Shown here: one piece after another, positions 18,389 through 26,716 of the stretch
Layout: every line of letters starts with the position of its first letter
How positions within the stretch are numbered: the stretch's first letter is position 1
NCBI GenBank assembly: GCA_049424145.1
Contig: JBMSSC010000001.1
Span: forward strand, 16,017 to 80,016
Reading direction: 5' to 3'
DNA: 64,000 nt
From: Bdellovibrionia bacterium
GTDB lineage: Bacteria; Bdellovibrionota; UBA1018
Position numbers and translations under genes: made by a program
Notes under the pieces: model-generated
Databases searched by the model: none
Told to the model about the DNA's origin: nothing
The model's input: only the letters and a program-made list of their open reading frames with translations

Positions 18389-19089
18389 CTCAGGCGCAAC
18401 CGATGTTGAGCATATTGCTCTTTGGGTAGGTAGACGAAGAATTTGTGGAAAATCCAATAAAACGCCCCTGCCAGAAGAAAGCCCGTGACCACATCAACGA
18501 GGTAGTGTTGCTTGGTTGTCAGGGTGGACAGAGCAATGAGGGTGCCCCAGAAAAAAAAGAACGGAAACTTTTTTCTTTGGTCATCTAAAAAGATAAAAGA
18601 AGAGAGGTAAACACTGCTCACATGCAGGCTCGGGCAACAATTGGCTGAAGTATCGGCTTGTCTTAAGGTATCGAAGGCAAAGTAAGTGAGCGGGTCGAGA
18701 TCCTGAGGAAGGGGGAAGAGTTCTCGCGGGTAGGTCGTGGGCCAGATCCAAAAAATCAGTACACTCACCACCTGCAGCGTCATGACTGAGTAGATGTACT
18801 TGTTGAGGTTCATGATCTCTTGACAGGTAAAATAAACGGCTCCAAAAAAAACATACTCACTTAAGTAGATCCAGACGGTATGAGGTAAAAATGGAACTCC
18901 CTGATCGAGCCAGGACATGGGCAGGAGTCTTGGGGGAGTGATGTGGTAATGATTACTTGTGACGTAGAGGAGAAGTCCCACTAACCCAAAGATGACGAAT
19001 TGAAGGTGCTTGTTTTCCTGTGTGACGACGACAGGTAAGGCAAACGCGTTGTCCATCGGTTGAATTCGAGACTCGTTTTTTTTTCTCAT
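18364..19089 (-). CDS. PAP2-superfamily membrane protein (PAP2_C-like)
   Basis: Polytopic protein. CCPSLHVS and TKQHYLVDVVTG resemble PAP2 motifs 2 and 3 (PSGH / SRxxxxxHxxxD). Confidence 0.5.
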   Translation of the reverse strand: MRKKNESRIQPMDNAFALPVVVTQENKHLQFVIFGLVGLLLYVTSNHYHITPPRLLPMSWLDQGVPFLPHTVWIYLSEYVFFGAVYFTCQEIMNLNKYIYSVMTLQVVSVLIFWIWPTTYPRELFPLPQDLDPLTYFAFDTLRQADTSANCCPSLHVSSVYLSSFIFLDDQRKKFPFFFFWGTLIALSTLTTKQHYLVDVVTGFLLAGAFYWIFHKFFVYLPKEQYAQHRLRLSQKAQAKR

Positions 19090-19797
19090 TTAGTCCTGAC
19101 CCTCTCTGAGCCACTGGGTGAGTTGTTGGTGAAAGGCGGGGCTATTCCAATTGTGTCCTCCATCGCGAGAGAGGAGGATTTTCCCGTTTCTCCTCATGAT
19201 CACAGTGAGGGGGATGGCATGAACGTTAAATCGCTCGGCGAGATCTCCATTGGGATCTTGAAAGACGGGAAAAGGCATGGAGAACTGAGAGATCACTTTT
19301 GGGGCAATGGACTCGGCCCCCTCGTCCACGTCGATGGCTAGGACTTCAAATCCTTGGTCATGAAATTGGTTTCTTAACGCCACAATGGAAGGCATCTCCT
19401 CCATACAAGCATCGCACCAGCTGGCCCAAAAATTAATGAGAAAAATTTTCCCAGGAATCCTGCTGAGCTGAACCTGGCTTCCGTCCAGTTGAGTGAGCTT
19501 GAGTTGGTCGAATGAGGGATCCTCAGCAGGGGCGGAAGGCGAGAGGCGGGCTGAGCTGGGGCCTTCGGGTGGGTAAATCAGTTGAATGATTTGGAGCCCA
19601 CCGATCACCATGAGGAGGAGGCCTAAAAGGGGGACTAAAATCGTCCAGGGAAGGGGTTTCTTCTCTTGCTCAGATTCAGAAGGGGGTCTTGCCATACGTT
19701 CCTTTAATAGCCTAGAATAAGGGGAATGCCGAAAACTTTCCACAAAAGTCTTCAGCCATCCGAGTCTGCATCCCGGAGGAGGGGGGAGCAGGGGCAA
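19090..19797 (-). CDS. TlpA/ResA-like thiol-disulfide oxidoreductase (thioredoxin fold)
   Basis: N-terminal membrane anchor. Thioredoxin active site WASWCDAC. Directly abuts the PAP2-like gene. Confidence 0.75.
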   Translation of the reverse strand: MPLLPPPPGCRLGWLKTFVESFRHSPYSRLLKERMARPPSESEQEKKPLPWTILVPLLGLLLMVIGGLQIIQLIYPPEGPSSARLSPSAPAEDPSFDQLKLTQLDGSQVQLSRIPGKIFLINFWASWCDACMEEMPSIVALRNQFHDQGFEVLAIDVDEGAESIAPKVISQFSMPFPVFQDPNGDLAERFNVHAIPLTVIMRRNGKILLSRDGGHNWNSPAFHQQLTQWLREGQD

Positions 19798-20073
19798 GCC
19801 CTAGTGGAGTACTTGCTCATGCTTTTGGTGGCTTTTTCTGTTGTGGGAAGCCTTTCGTTTGGCTTTAAGCGGATCCTTCTGCGAATTTGGGGCGTTTATC
19901 ATAAGGAAATTTCTTCGCCCTGTCCTTCCTGCCCTCCAAACAATCCTAGTTACCGATTTTAATGAACGACGCGAGGTCAATCCATCTCGTCAAAATGGCT
20001 TCCGCCTTTCGTGTTTTTTAAAAGGGGAATGGGGATTTCTCTCTTACTCCTGAAACAAGGAGTGAGCTAGTAT

Positions 20074-22164
20074 TTGCTCTCCCGGTGTGTCATCGTTTTC
20101 GATATGACAACTAGAATAGGAATTCGCCTCCAGAAGTGGTTTCCTCTTGGTTTGTGTCTGTTTGTTTTTTTACTCGGCTTTGGGCTGAGAGGGGCCCCGG
20201 CTCACCCGGATGTCCTTTTTTCTCGAGAGCAGGAACTGGGCGTTGCATTCATTTTTCTAGGGTTCTTCCTCGGTCTGCTCTATTGGGGCAAAGCCCTTTT
20301 AGAGATCCTTCAATTGAGTCAATTGGGGTGGATCTATGGTCTAGCTTTGGGAAGTGCTGGCTGGTCTTGTATCGGGCTTCTCTTGGGATCATTAGGCTGG
20401 ATTGGGTATTCTTCTTTTTCTGCGCTGCTTTGCGGACTGTTTTTAGGGCCTCTTCTTCACTCCTATTTTTGGAGCCGATCTTGCGAGAATCAAAATCCCC
20501 CTCCGCAGCCGTTATCCGGCGCTCGAGTTTTGACTCAAGGGTTTAAAGGCATTTCTCTTGTGGAGGGTGTGATCTTTGGGCTTTTAATCTTCGTATGGAT
20601 TGGGTTCTGTTTGAATGCTTCGGGGGCTCACGGCACGAGCGATCCCTTTCTCTATCATCTTTTGGGTCCTAGGCTTTGGGTGGATGCTGGGAAGATTTAT
20701 CTTCCAGGTCCGATTCCGATTACGTTTCAAGCGTCCAGTTGGGAGATGCTGCTGGTTCTCTCTCAGATTCTTCTGGGGGCACCTGAGGGTTTTGGGCTCA
20801 TTGAGGGGCATTTGTTTTCTCAGTACCTTCATGTTGTGGTGGGCTTAGGAGGGGTGCTTGCGGTACTCTTTAAGCTCAGTCCCAAGGAAAGTGGCGTTCC
20901 TCGGTTTTGGATGGGCGTCGCCCTCTTAGGCGCTCTTCTGACTCCTGATCTTCGCGAGCTTTCGTGGTTAGGAAAAAATGATTGGGGGGTGCTCTTTTGG
21001 ATTTGCGCAGGCACGGCCCTGCTGTTGCGGCCGCCCAGTTCATCGTGGCGGCAGAAGGCTCTTGCGGCATTTCTGCTGGGTCTGGGGTGTGCGGGCAAGC
21101 CCAATTCCCTTTTTTTTGTGATTCCAGTTTTGGGATGTTTTGCCTTGCGTCCGCTTGAAGCCGATTCTCTTCGGAAGAGATTTTTTGAGCTTCTGGGCGT
21201 TGCAGGGTGGATCCTTTTGGGTGCTGCACCCATCCTGATCCGAAACTGGGCTTACACGGGGGCTCCATTGTTTCCCTTTGTTCAGCTCGGCTTGAATCCT
21301 GAGCTCGGAGGCCCACTCTCTTCATTCGCTCAGCTCACTCCCAGTCGTCTCACCGGAACATTCACGTTTTTTCAAAGCCAACTTCGATGGGTTTTAGCGG
21401 AACACTGGGTCTACACCTGGATTGTACTTGGGCCTTTGCTGGGATCTTTTTTTCGCGATCCCTTACTTCGAAAACTATCATGGATTTTGCCCATTTCTTC
21501 ACTTTGGTTTTTAGTTCTTGAAATCAATCATCAGTTTGTTCGGTGGTTGGGAGCTCCCTTGGTGCTTTCGGGTTTTTTACCCGTTCTTTTGTTGTCCGAT
21601 TTGTTGAATCGTGGATCAGGGGCGTGGAGAAAGCTCGGGTTTCAATCTGGGCTAGCCTTGGTCATGGCCCTGATTTTAACATCGCAAGTGGAGGTTAAAG
21701 GATGGTGGGCTATGCTTCATCGAGGTTCCCCCACGCACGTGATTCGCAATCCTGTGGTTCACTTGGGGGGGGACTCTAAGGCTTGGTTGCGTTTGAACGC
21801 AACGTTTGAGACCCCAATTGTGACCACGGGAGATAATCAGCTTTACTACCTCAGCTACCTTCCCGTGACGCCTCTCTCCTATGGCTTGGAGTTAAAACGG
21901 AAGCTTGAGTCTTTAAGACACTCCATTCTGATCTTTTCTCAACTCTATCAATTTGGCTATCGATACGTCTTGGATGTCATGCACTGGGACGATCAGTACT
22001 GGACGGATTATGCGTTCACGCTGGATCGGGCTATCCTCAACCTTCCTGAGGCAATCGTTTTTATGGGGCCTAGGTCAAAAGTCATCGACCTAAAAGTGCT
22101 CGTTGAATCCATGAACCAAAGCTGCGTTGGGACAAAGGGAAGTTGGATGACTCCGCCTACTTGA
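20074..22164 (+). CDS. large polytopic membrane protein with a C-terminal soluble domain (GT-C-fold-like, unassigned)
   Basis: 696 aa. About 14 predicted TM helices in the first 500 aa, then a ~180-aa hydrophilic C-terminal domain. The start may be the downstream ATG at 20104. Confidence 0.5.
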   Translation: MLSRCVIVFDMTTRIGIRLQKWFPLGLCLFVFLLGFGLRGAPAHPDVLFSREQELGVAFIFLGFFLGLLYWGKALLEILQLSQLGWIYGLALGSAGWSCIGLLLGSLGWIGYSSFSALLCGLFLGPLLHSYFWSRSCENQNPPPQPLSGARVLTQGFKGISLVEGVIFGLLIFVWIGFCLNASGAHGTSDPFLYHLLGPRLWVDAGKIYLPGPIPITFQASSWEMLLVLSQILLGAPEGFGLIEGHLFSQYLHVVVGLGGVLAVLFKLSPKESGVPRFWMGVALLGALLTPDLRELSWLGKNDWGVLFWICAGTALLLRPPSSSWRQKALAAFLLGLGCAGKPNSLFFVIPVLGCFALRPLEADSLRKRFFELLGVAGWILLGAAPILIRNWAYTGAPLFPFVQLGLNPELGGPLSSFAQLTPSRLTGTFTFFQSQLRWVLAEHWVYTWIVLGPLLGSFFRDPLLRKLSWILPISSLWFLVLEINHQFVRWLGAPLVLSGFLPVLLLSDLLNRGSGAWRKLGFQSGLALVMALILTSQVEVKGWWAMLHRGSPTHVIRNPVVHLGGDSKAWLRLNATFETPIVTTGDNQLYYLSYLPVTPLSYGLELKRKLESLRHSILIFSQLYQFGYRYVLDVMHWDDQYWTDYAFTLDRAILNLPEAIVFMGPRSKVIDLKVLVESMNQSCVGTKGSWMTPPT

Positions 22165-22171
22165 TGGGGCT

Positions 22172-22840
22172 CTAGTTCTTCCGCCGCGTTGATGTCTTCG
22201 TCTTTGCGTAAGTCAGGAAGATCTCATCCCCCAAGACGGTGCATTGTCTGAGCTTGAGGTTCAAAACCTCGCTGGGTTTAAATCCTTGGCCATCGACCAA
22301 CGAGGGAGCTGTGGCGCCGCCTACGATCTTTGGGGTGAGCGTGACATGGTACTCATCGATCAAGTTTTGGCTAGCAAAGTCCCACATGACGCCCCCTCCT
22401 CCTTCGACTAAGATTCGGGTCAGGTTCTGGGCTTTTAAGTGAGTTAAAATTTGGCGAGCCACTGGGTGTTTGGGGCCCGGTTTTTTTAGGAGCACCACCT
22501 CCGAGCTTCGAGAGAAGCGCATGAGGGTGGATTTTTCAATCCCTTCGGTGACAAAGAGGATTCGGCGAATCTTGGAGCTTTTAAAAAACGGCCAGCGCGG
22601 ATCTAAGCCTGCTAATCGAGAACTGATCAGAATATTGATGGGTTGCTTGGTCTGTCCTGAGATGACGCAGGGTTTTTGATAGACTCTCATGGTGGAGGCT
22701 CCCATCACGATGGCATCACAACGCCTTCTTAAGACTTCCATCTGTTTGAGGTCCTCTGCCGTTCCTAAGGGAAAGAAGGAGCGTTCACAGGTTGCGATTT
22801 TTCCATCCAGACTCATGGCAAGGTTTGAGAAAACAAACAT
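22172..22840 (-). CDS. RibD C-terminal-domain / dihydrofolate-reductase-family protein
   Basis: MFVFSNLAMSLDGKIA…IVMGASTM…ILVEGGGGV resembles the pyrimidine reductase (RibD_C) fold. Confidence 0.75.
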   Translation of the reverse strand: MFVFSNLAMSLDGKIATCERSFFPLGTAEDLKQMEVLRRRCDAIVMGASTMRVYQKPCVISGQTKQPINILISSRLAGLDPRWPFFKSSKIRRILFVTEGIEKSTLMRFSRSSEVVLLKKPGPKHPVARQILTHLKAQNLTRILVEGGGGVMWDFASQNLIDEYHVTLTPKIVGGATAPSLVDGQGFKPSEVLNLKLRQCTVLGDEIFLTYAKTKTSTRRKN

Positions 22841-22843
22841 GGA

Positions 22844-23485
22844 TCAACTCTCCTTGGATTGGGATGATTGAGGAGTGGGGGGGGTCTTTTTGTTCCCTAA
22901 GTACTGAAGCGCAATGAAGAAGATCTCCTTGCTTTCCTTGCGGGTGCTTTTAGGTCTTAACACTTCAATTCGGGCAAACTGGGCTCTGAGTTGCTTTCTT
23001 AAGCCTTCAAATTCGTCGCTGTGAAACAGCTTGCAGATAAAGGTGCCCTTGGGTTTTAAAAACAGTTCAGCACAGCTAAACGCTTTTTGGCAAAGCTCCA
23101 GCGAGCGAGCTTGGTCGGTGACTCGAATCCCGGTGGTTTTAGGGGCCATGTCCGAGAGCACCACATCAAAGGGGGGGCTGATGGAAGTCTGCTCAAATAA
23201 CTTCTCCAAGGAGAGTTCTCTTAGGTCGCCTTGGAAAAAATAAGCATTGGGCAAAGTCAGTTCAATGGCTTGAAGATCGACGCCCAGGAGTCGTCCTTTG
23301 GGTCCAATTCTCTCAGACGCATACTGAGACCAGGAGCCGGGTGCCGCACCTAAGTCCAGCATCTTTTGAGCGGGTTTGAAAACCTTAAAGCGCTCGTCGA
23401 TCTCTTTGAGCTTAAAGATGGAGCGGGCGACATAGTTTTCCTTCTTTGCTTGGAGAAAATAATAGTCTCTTGGATCGTACGCCAC
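22844..23485 (-). CDS. rlmE: 23S rRNA (uridine2552-2'-O)-methyltransferase RlmE/FtsJ
   Basis: N-terminal YRSRSAFKL-like SIFKLKEIDERFK. SAM motif LDLGAAPGSWSQYA. DxxxxxGDL and KxxxG motifs. Confidence 0.9.
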   Translation of the reverse strand: MAYDPRDYYFLQAKKENYVARSIFKLKEIDERFKVFKPAQKMLDLGAAPGSWSQYASERIGPKGRLLGVDLQAIELTLPNAYFFQGDLRELSLEKLFEQTSISPPFDVVLSDMAPKTTGIRVTDQARSLELCQKAFSCAELFLKPKGTFICKLFHSDEFEGLRKQLRAQFARIEVLRPKSTRKESKEIFFIALQYLGNKKTPPTPQSSQSKES

Positions 23486-26469
23486 AGTTTAAAACCTCAT
23501 TCCTGTGTTATCGCTGACTTTGCCATGCTGGGGCTTTTGAAAAGTCGCGGCATGAGACGTCCGCCCTGAAGTGCGGAAGTTTCCAATTTTTTCCTCACTA
23601 TACAGGGCAAAACAAGAAACGACTATCTGAACTTGCAAGGATCACATCGTCAAGCAATTCAGCGAGGCATTTTCACTGCATTGGAAGGGCGTTGCTTTTT
23701 GGGGCTCAATTCGTGGGTCTTTAGGTCTGGGAGTCGTGCCATGAGGTGACTGGGGAAGGTTTTGAGCCCATTTGACCTCAATCAGAGGGATTGAAGGCGT
23801 CCAGGAACGGAGTGAATCATCTTTGAAAATCGCGTGTTCAGATCCAGAGATCCAGAGATCCTGTTCGTGTGCTCTGAGAGATTCCGGTTTAAGGTCTTGT
23901 TTTTAAAAGGATGGGGCATGACTAGTTGCTTCGATCCTTGATTGATTAGCTTATTTAATATATTATTAAAATGTAACTTAATGAGCAAAACTCGCTTGAG
24001 TTTGCGTGGGTTCGATTGGGCGGAATCGGCTTTGATTTCATGGGTTTTGGTTAGGGTAAGAATCCAAGGGTTGAAGGAGCGAATTTGAGAGAGTTTTTTG
24101 AAAAAAAGCGTCAAGACCAGCCCCAAAAGAGGGTTTTACCTTGGCTCGGGTTAGTCGTGATTGGGTTGATCTGTGGGTCAATTTCCTCTCAAGCATCTTT
24201 ATTTAATGTGATGTCGTTTCTCAAAACACAATGGGTGAATACTCCGTATAAGAGGATCACGGGAGGGGCTGGTGATTCTGGAGCTAATTCCCACACCTGT
24301 GGTCTCACGTTTCAGGGGCAACTCAAGTGTTGGGGTTGGAACTCCAGTGGGCAGCTTGGACTAGGAACGGTAGGAGTCGGAGTGAGTTCCCCGACGGCTA
24401 TTGGAACGCCTTCGTTCGTTTCAGTCGCAGGGGGGTATCGCCATACGTGTGGAATTACAGCTAATCGGACTCTTCGGTGCTGGGGGTCTGATTCTTACGG
24501 TCAGGTGGGAAATGGTTCGCTGACCACCGCGGATCAAGCGTCTCCCGTGGCGATTGATTCATTAACCCCTTATGGCACTGTTGCGGCGGGAGGGTATCAC
24601 ACCTGCGGAATTACTCAGGCTGGAGATCTTAAATGTTGGGGCTGGAACAGCTCGGGACAACTCGGAAATGGAAATCCTGCTTCCGATGAGGCTTCGCCTT
24701 TCGGAATTGATTCTGGGACTTCTTACATTGAGATTACTGCGGGTTATGCTCATACCTGTGGAATTACAGGGGCTGGAGTTTTAAAATGCTGGGGCCTGAA
24801 TTCCAGTGGGCAAGTGGGAAACGGGGTAGTCGGAGGATCTTCCACATCTCCTGTGGAGATTGACTCAGGGACACCCTATATCGCCGTTTCAGCGGGAGAT
24901 GCTCATACCTGTGGGATTACCGGCGCTGGAGTGTTAAAATGCTGGGGCTCGGATTCGAACGGCAAGTTAGGAAACGGAACCTTAACGTCGGCCGACCAGC
25001 CCTCACCTGTGGTGATTGATTCGGGGACAACCTATCTTGCAGTTTCTGCTGGTGTTGAGCATACGTGTGGAATTACGGGAAGTGGAGTGCTTAAATGCTG
25101 GGGAAGTGATGCGAACGGTCAGTTAGGCAATGGGTCCACCAGTGGGAATCAGTTCTCCCCAGTGGCGACTAATTCCGGGGCAAATTATGTCGGGATTTGG
25201 TCCGGACGAAATCATACGTGTGCGATCACCAGTCGGGGGGTGCTTGAGTGCTGGGGGAGTGATGCCTCAGGCCAATTAGGAAATGGTTCAACTTTGACTT
25301 CCGATGTCCTTTCCCCAGCATCCATTGATAAGGATAGGTTTCAAAAAGGCATCTATCAAAAAACGGCCACCTCGGGGGCCTTTACTTCGTGCGGGGTGAT
25401 GAATTCGGGTGTGCTCAGGTGCTGGGGGAGTGATGCATTTAGTCAGTTGGGCAACGGAGGGACAGGCAATCAGACGATTCCTCGAATCACAAACTCTGGA
25501 GAAATTTATCGACAAGTCTCTGTGGGAGGATATGAATCCAATAGCTCCCATGCTTGTGGCATAACAGGATCCAATCAACTCAAGTGTTGGGGGAGTAATA
25601 CATCTGGGCAGGTGGGGATTGGGAACACGGCGGGTCCAGTGACGACTCCTCAATTGGTCAACGATCCGGGCACCCGGTATCGAAAAGTGAGTTTGGGCTG
25701 TTCACACACTTGCGGAATCACGACTGCAGGTCAGCTCAAGTGCTGGGGATATAATGGCTTTAGGGAGTTGGGTGGTCGAACCGGAGATTTAACGTCCCCA
25801 GGGGTCGTGGATTCGGGGAGCACATATCGAGACGTAGGAATGGGGTGTGGTTTCGGCTGTGGCATTACCACTCGTGGAGAGTTGAAATGCTGGGGGCAAA
25901 ATACCTCGGGTCAAGTGGGTAATGGAACGAGTGGTAGCTCTCAGTCTACCCCTGTGGTCATTGATTCCGGGATGACCTACCGAGCGATTTCAGGGGGGTA
26001 TAATTTCGCCTGCGGGATTGCCGCGAGCGGAACTTTGAAATGTTGGGGAAGCGATAACGCTGGACAGGTTGGGAACGGGGCAACTACAGGAAACCAACTG
26101 ACGCCTCAGCCTGTTAATGACCCAGGTACTGTTTACTCGGTGATTGCTTCAGGGTTCTACTATGCTTGCGGAATTACGGGTGTGGGAGCCTTAAAATGCT
26201 GGGGAAGTGATTCTGCAGGCCAATTAGGAAACGGCGCTGCAGTGAGTCAAGACTCTCCCATGTTAAGTGATTCGGGGACCTTATACACCGAGGTTGGATC
26301 TGCCCTGGGTTCAGCTAATTGGGGTCACAGCTGTGGAATCACGGTTGGGGGAATTCTCAGGTGCTGGGGACGCAATAACTCTGGGCAACTGGGCATCGGT
26401 AACACCGCGAATCAAACTTCCCCCGTTGATGTGGTTCGTTAAGTGAGGCTGGGTGGCGTGAGCGCGCTT
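23239..26469. repeat. tandem duplication unit 1 (3,231 bp): 5' 247 bp of rlmE, the intergenic/promoter region and the RCC1-repeat gene
   Basis: Identical to 26470..29700. I checked both boundaries directly: …ccttggaaaaaa|taagcattgg at the upstream edge and gagcgcgctt|aataagcattgg at the internal junction. All ORFs recur at a constant +3231 offset with identical translations. Confidence 0.9.
24085..26442 (+). CDS. secreted or membrane-anchored RCC1-repeat protein (14 blades, probably two 7-bladed beta-propellers), copy 1
   Basis: TTG start 5 nt after aaggag. N-terminal KR-rich segment plus a hydrophobic helix (signal peptide or anchor). Fourteen ~50-aa repeats with consensus HTCGIT-G-LKCWG-N-SGQLGNG…SP--I-SG--Y. 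Confidence 0.85.
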   Translation: MREFFEKKRQDQPQKRVLPWLGLVVIGLICGSISSQASLFNVMSFLKTQWVNTPYKRITGGAGDSGANSHTCGLTFQGQLKCWGWNSSGQLGLGTVGVGVSSPTAIGTPSFVSVAGGYRHTCGITANRTLRCWGSDSYGQVGNGSLTTADQASPVAIDSLTPYGTVAAGGYHTCGITQAGDLKCWGWNSSGQLGNGNPASDEASPFGIDSGTSYIEITAGYAHTCGITGAGVLKCWGLNSSGQVGNGVVGGSSTSPVEIDSGTPYIAVSAGDAHTCGITGAGVLKCWGSDSNGKLGNGTLTSADQPSPVVIDSGTTYLAVSAGVEHTCGITGSGVLKCWGSDANGQLGNGSTSGNQFSPVATNSGANYVGIWSGRNHTCAITSRGVLECWGSDASGQLGNGSTLTSDVLSPASIDKDRFQKGIYQKTATSGAFTSCGVMNSGVLRCWGSDAFSQLGNGGTGNQTIPRITNSGEIYRQVSVGGYESNSSHACGITGSNQLKCWGSNTSGQVGIGNTAGPVTTPQLVNDPGTRYRKVSLGCSHTCGITTAGQLKCWGYNGFRELGGRTGDLTSPGVVDSGSTYRDVGMGCGFGCGITTRGELKCWGQNTSGQVGNGTSGSSQSTPVVIDSGMTYRAISGGYNFACGIAASGTLKCWGSDNAGQVGNGATTGNQLTPQPVNDPGTVYSVIASGFYYACGITGVGALKCWGSDSAGQLGNGAAVSQDSPMLSDSGTLYTEVGSALGSANWGHSCGITVGGILRCWGRNNSGQLGIGNTANQTSPVDVVR

Positions 26470-26716
26470 AATAAGCATTGGGCAAAGTCAGTTCAATGGC
26501 TTGAAGATCGACGCCCAGGAGTCGTCCTTTGGGTCCAATTCTCTCAGACGCATACTGAGACCAGGAGCCGGGTGCCGCACCTAAGTCCAGCATCTTTTGA
26601 GCGGGTTTGAAAACCTTAAAGCGCTCGTCGATCTCTTTGAGCTTAAAGATGGAGCGGGCGACATAGTTTTCCTTCTTTGCTTGGAGAAAATAATAGTCTC
26701 TTGGATCGTACGCCAC
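26468..26716 (-). pseudogene. truncated rlmE' fragment (first 82 codons) created by the tandem duplication
   Basis: Translation is identical to RlmE residues 1-82. A TAA is generated at the duplication junction. The promoter region is retained. Confidence 0.8.

Noticed and set aside
23782-24126. 114-aa minus-strand ORF in the rlmE–RCC1 intergenic region (and its copy at 27013..27357)
   Set aside because: It spans an AT-rich promoter-like region, has no recognisable RBS or domain, and overlaps the RCC1 start. It only looks recurrent because the whole region is duplicated.
24562-25653. Antisense ORFs inside the RCC1-repeat gene (24562..24753, 25288..25653) and their duplicates at +3231
   Set aside because: They lie entirely within a strongly supported coding region on the other strand, have no RBS, and their composition (S/R/P-rich) is typical of antisense read-through of GC-rich repeats.
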